A DNA stretch of 64,000 nucleotides from Eledone cirrhosa (Eukaryota): positions 24,800,001 through 24,864,000 of the forward strand of contig OZ024761.1 in the NCBI GenBank assembly GCA_964016885.1. The letters run 5' to 3'. Positions 63,176-64,000 of this stretch are shown one piece after another; the stretch's first letter is position 1, and every line of letters starts with the position of its first letter. A model generated the notes under the pieces. It searched no databases. It saw only the letters and a program-made list of their open reading frames with translations, and was not told the DNA's origin. The position numbers were made by a program, and so were the translations under genes.

Positions 63176-64000
63176 TAAATAAACGTGAATAATCCCAGGA
63201 GATAATTTTTACAAGTATGTAAGCACACATAGTTAGGTAGGTAACTAAATAAAGTTAACCAGAACTTCAAAAATAGGTGATATGGCGCATGAAAAATAGG
63301 TGATATGGCGCATGTCTTTCTGACATGACACCCATAATTTTGATTATCTTAATTTTTTATATAGATATATATATATATATTTATATATTTATTGTTTATA
63401 TATATATATATTTTATAATCTTTTTCCCCTCTTCTTCTTCGTCGGTTTTTTCTCAGCCTCACTTTCATATTTCTTAAATTTTGTTTTCAAATCCTTATTT
63501 AATAAAAACACCATGTTTTTTTATTCATTCTGACGACTGAAAACAGATACAACATCTGCTTTCAAGAAACCACTGGTAAATGAAATAATTATCTTGTTGT
63601 TTATTACATAAACCAAAAATATATAAATATATATCAACTAGAAATCGATTGACATACATATATATAAAATAAACATATGTAACAATCACAGGAGACAATT
63701 TGTAACGAATGTAATCACACACAGCTAGGTAGGTACCTAATTGAAATTTAACTAAAACTTCAAATACAGATTACCTTTTGAAAATGAATAATCTCCTTTG
63801 TATATATTTCATTAAATAAAGAAAAATATTTCACCATCAATCGGTAAATCACAGTAGTCAAAAAAAGATCTTCAGCAAAGGAGAAGATTTAACTATCTGT
63901 GTTTACTTAGCAAATGCACATCTGTAAATGACCTGGGAAAGGTGGGGGTGATTCGCATTTCCCAGAGTGCGCCTGAAAATGCTAGTGACCCTGGGTGCTC

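Overview
AT-rich, repeat-dense eukaryotic DNA. The SINE families and very long (TA)n arrays look cephalopod/octopus-like, though that is an inference. The window is three head-to-tail copies (A ~1-21.65 kb, B ~21.65-42.75 kb, C ~44.7-62.5 kb) of an ~18-22 kb unit filled with decayed retroelements (Penelope-like, R4/Dong, RTE, CRE, Tx1, Vingi/Ingi, SINEs) and one Tc1 transposon. The ORF track misses a minus-strand gene in each unit, built from 6-7 very short exons (18-88 nt) with canonical GT-AG sites and compatible phases. Each gene encodes a ~100-aa protein with a signal peptide, a six-cysteine domain (C-x7-C-x10/11-C-x8-C-x7-C-x11-C), a microexon-encoded NGGS stalk and a hydrophobic GPI-signal-like tail. 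The two Cys-domain exons are far more divergent between copies than the flanking introns, almost all through amino-acid changes. I do not recognise the family. Several Penelope terminal-repeat hairpins carry hammerhead-ribozyme cores. The gene models are read by eye, without transcript evidence.
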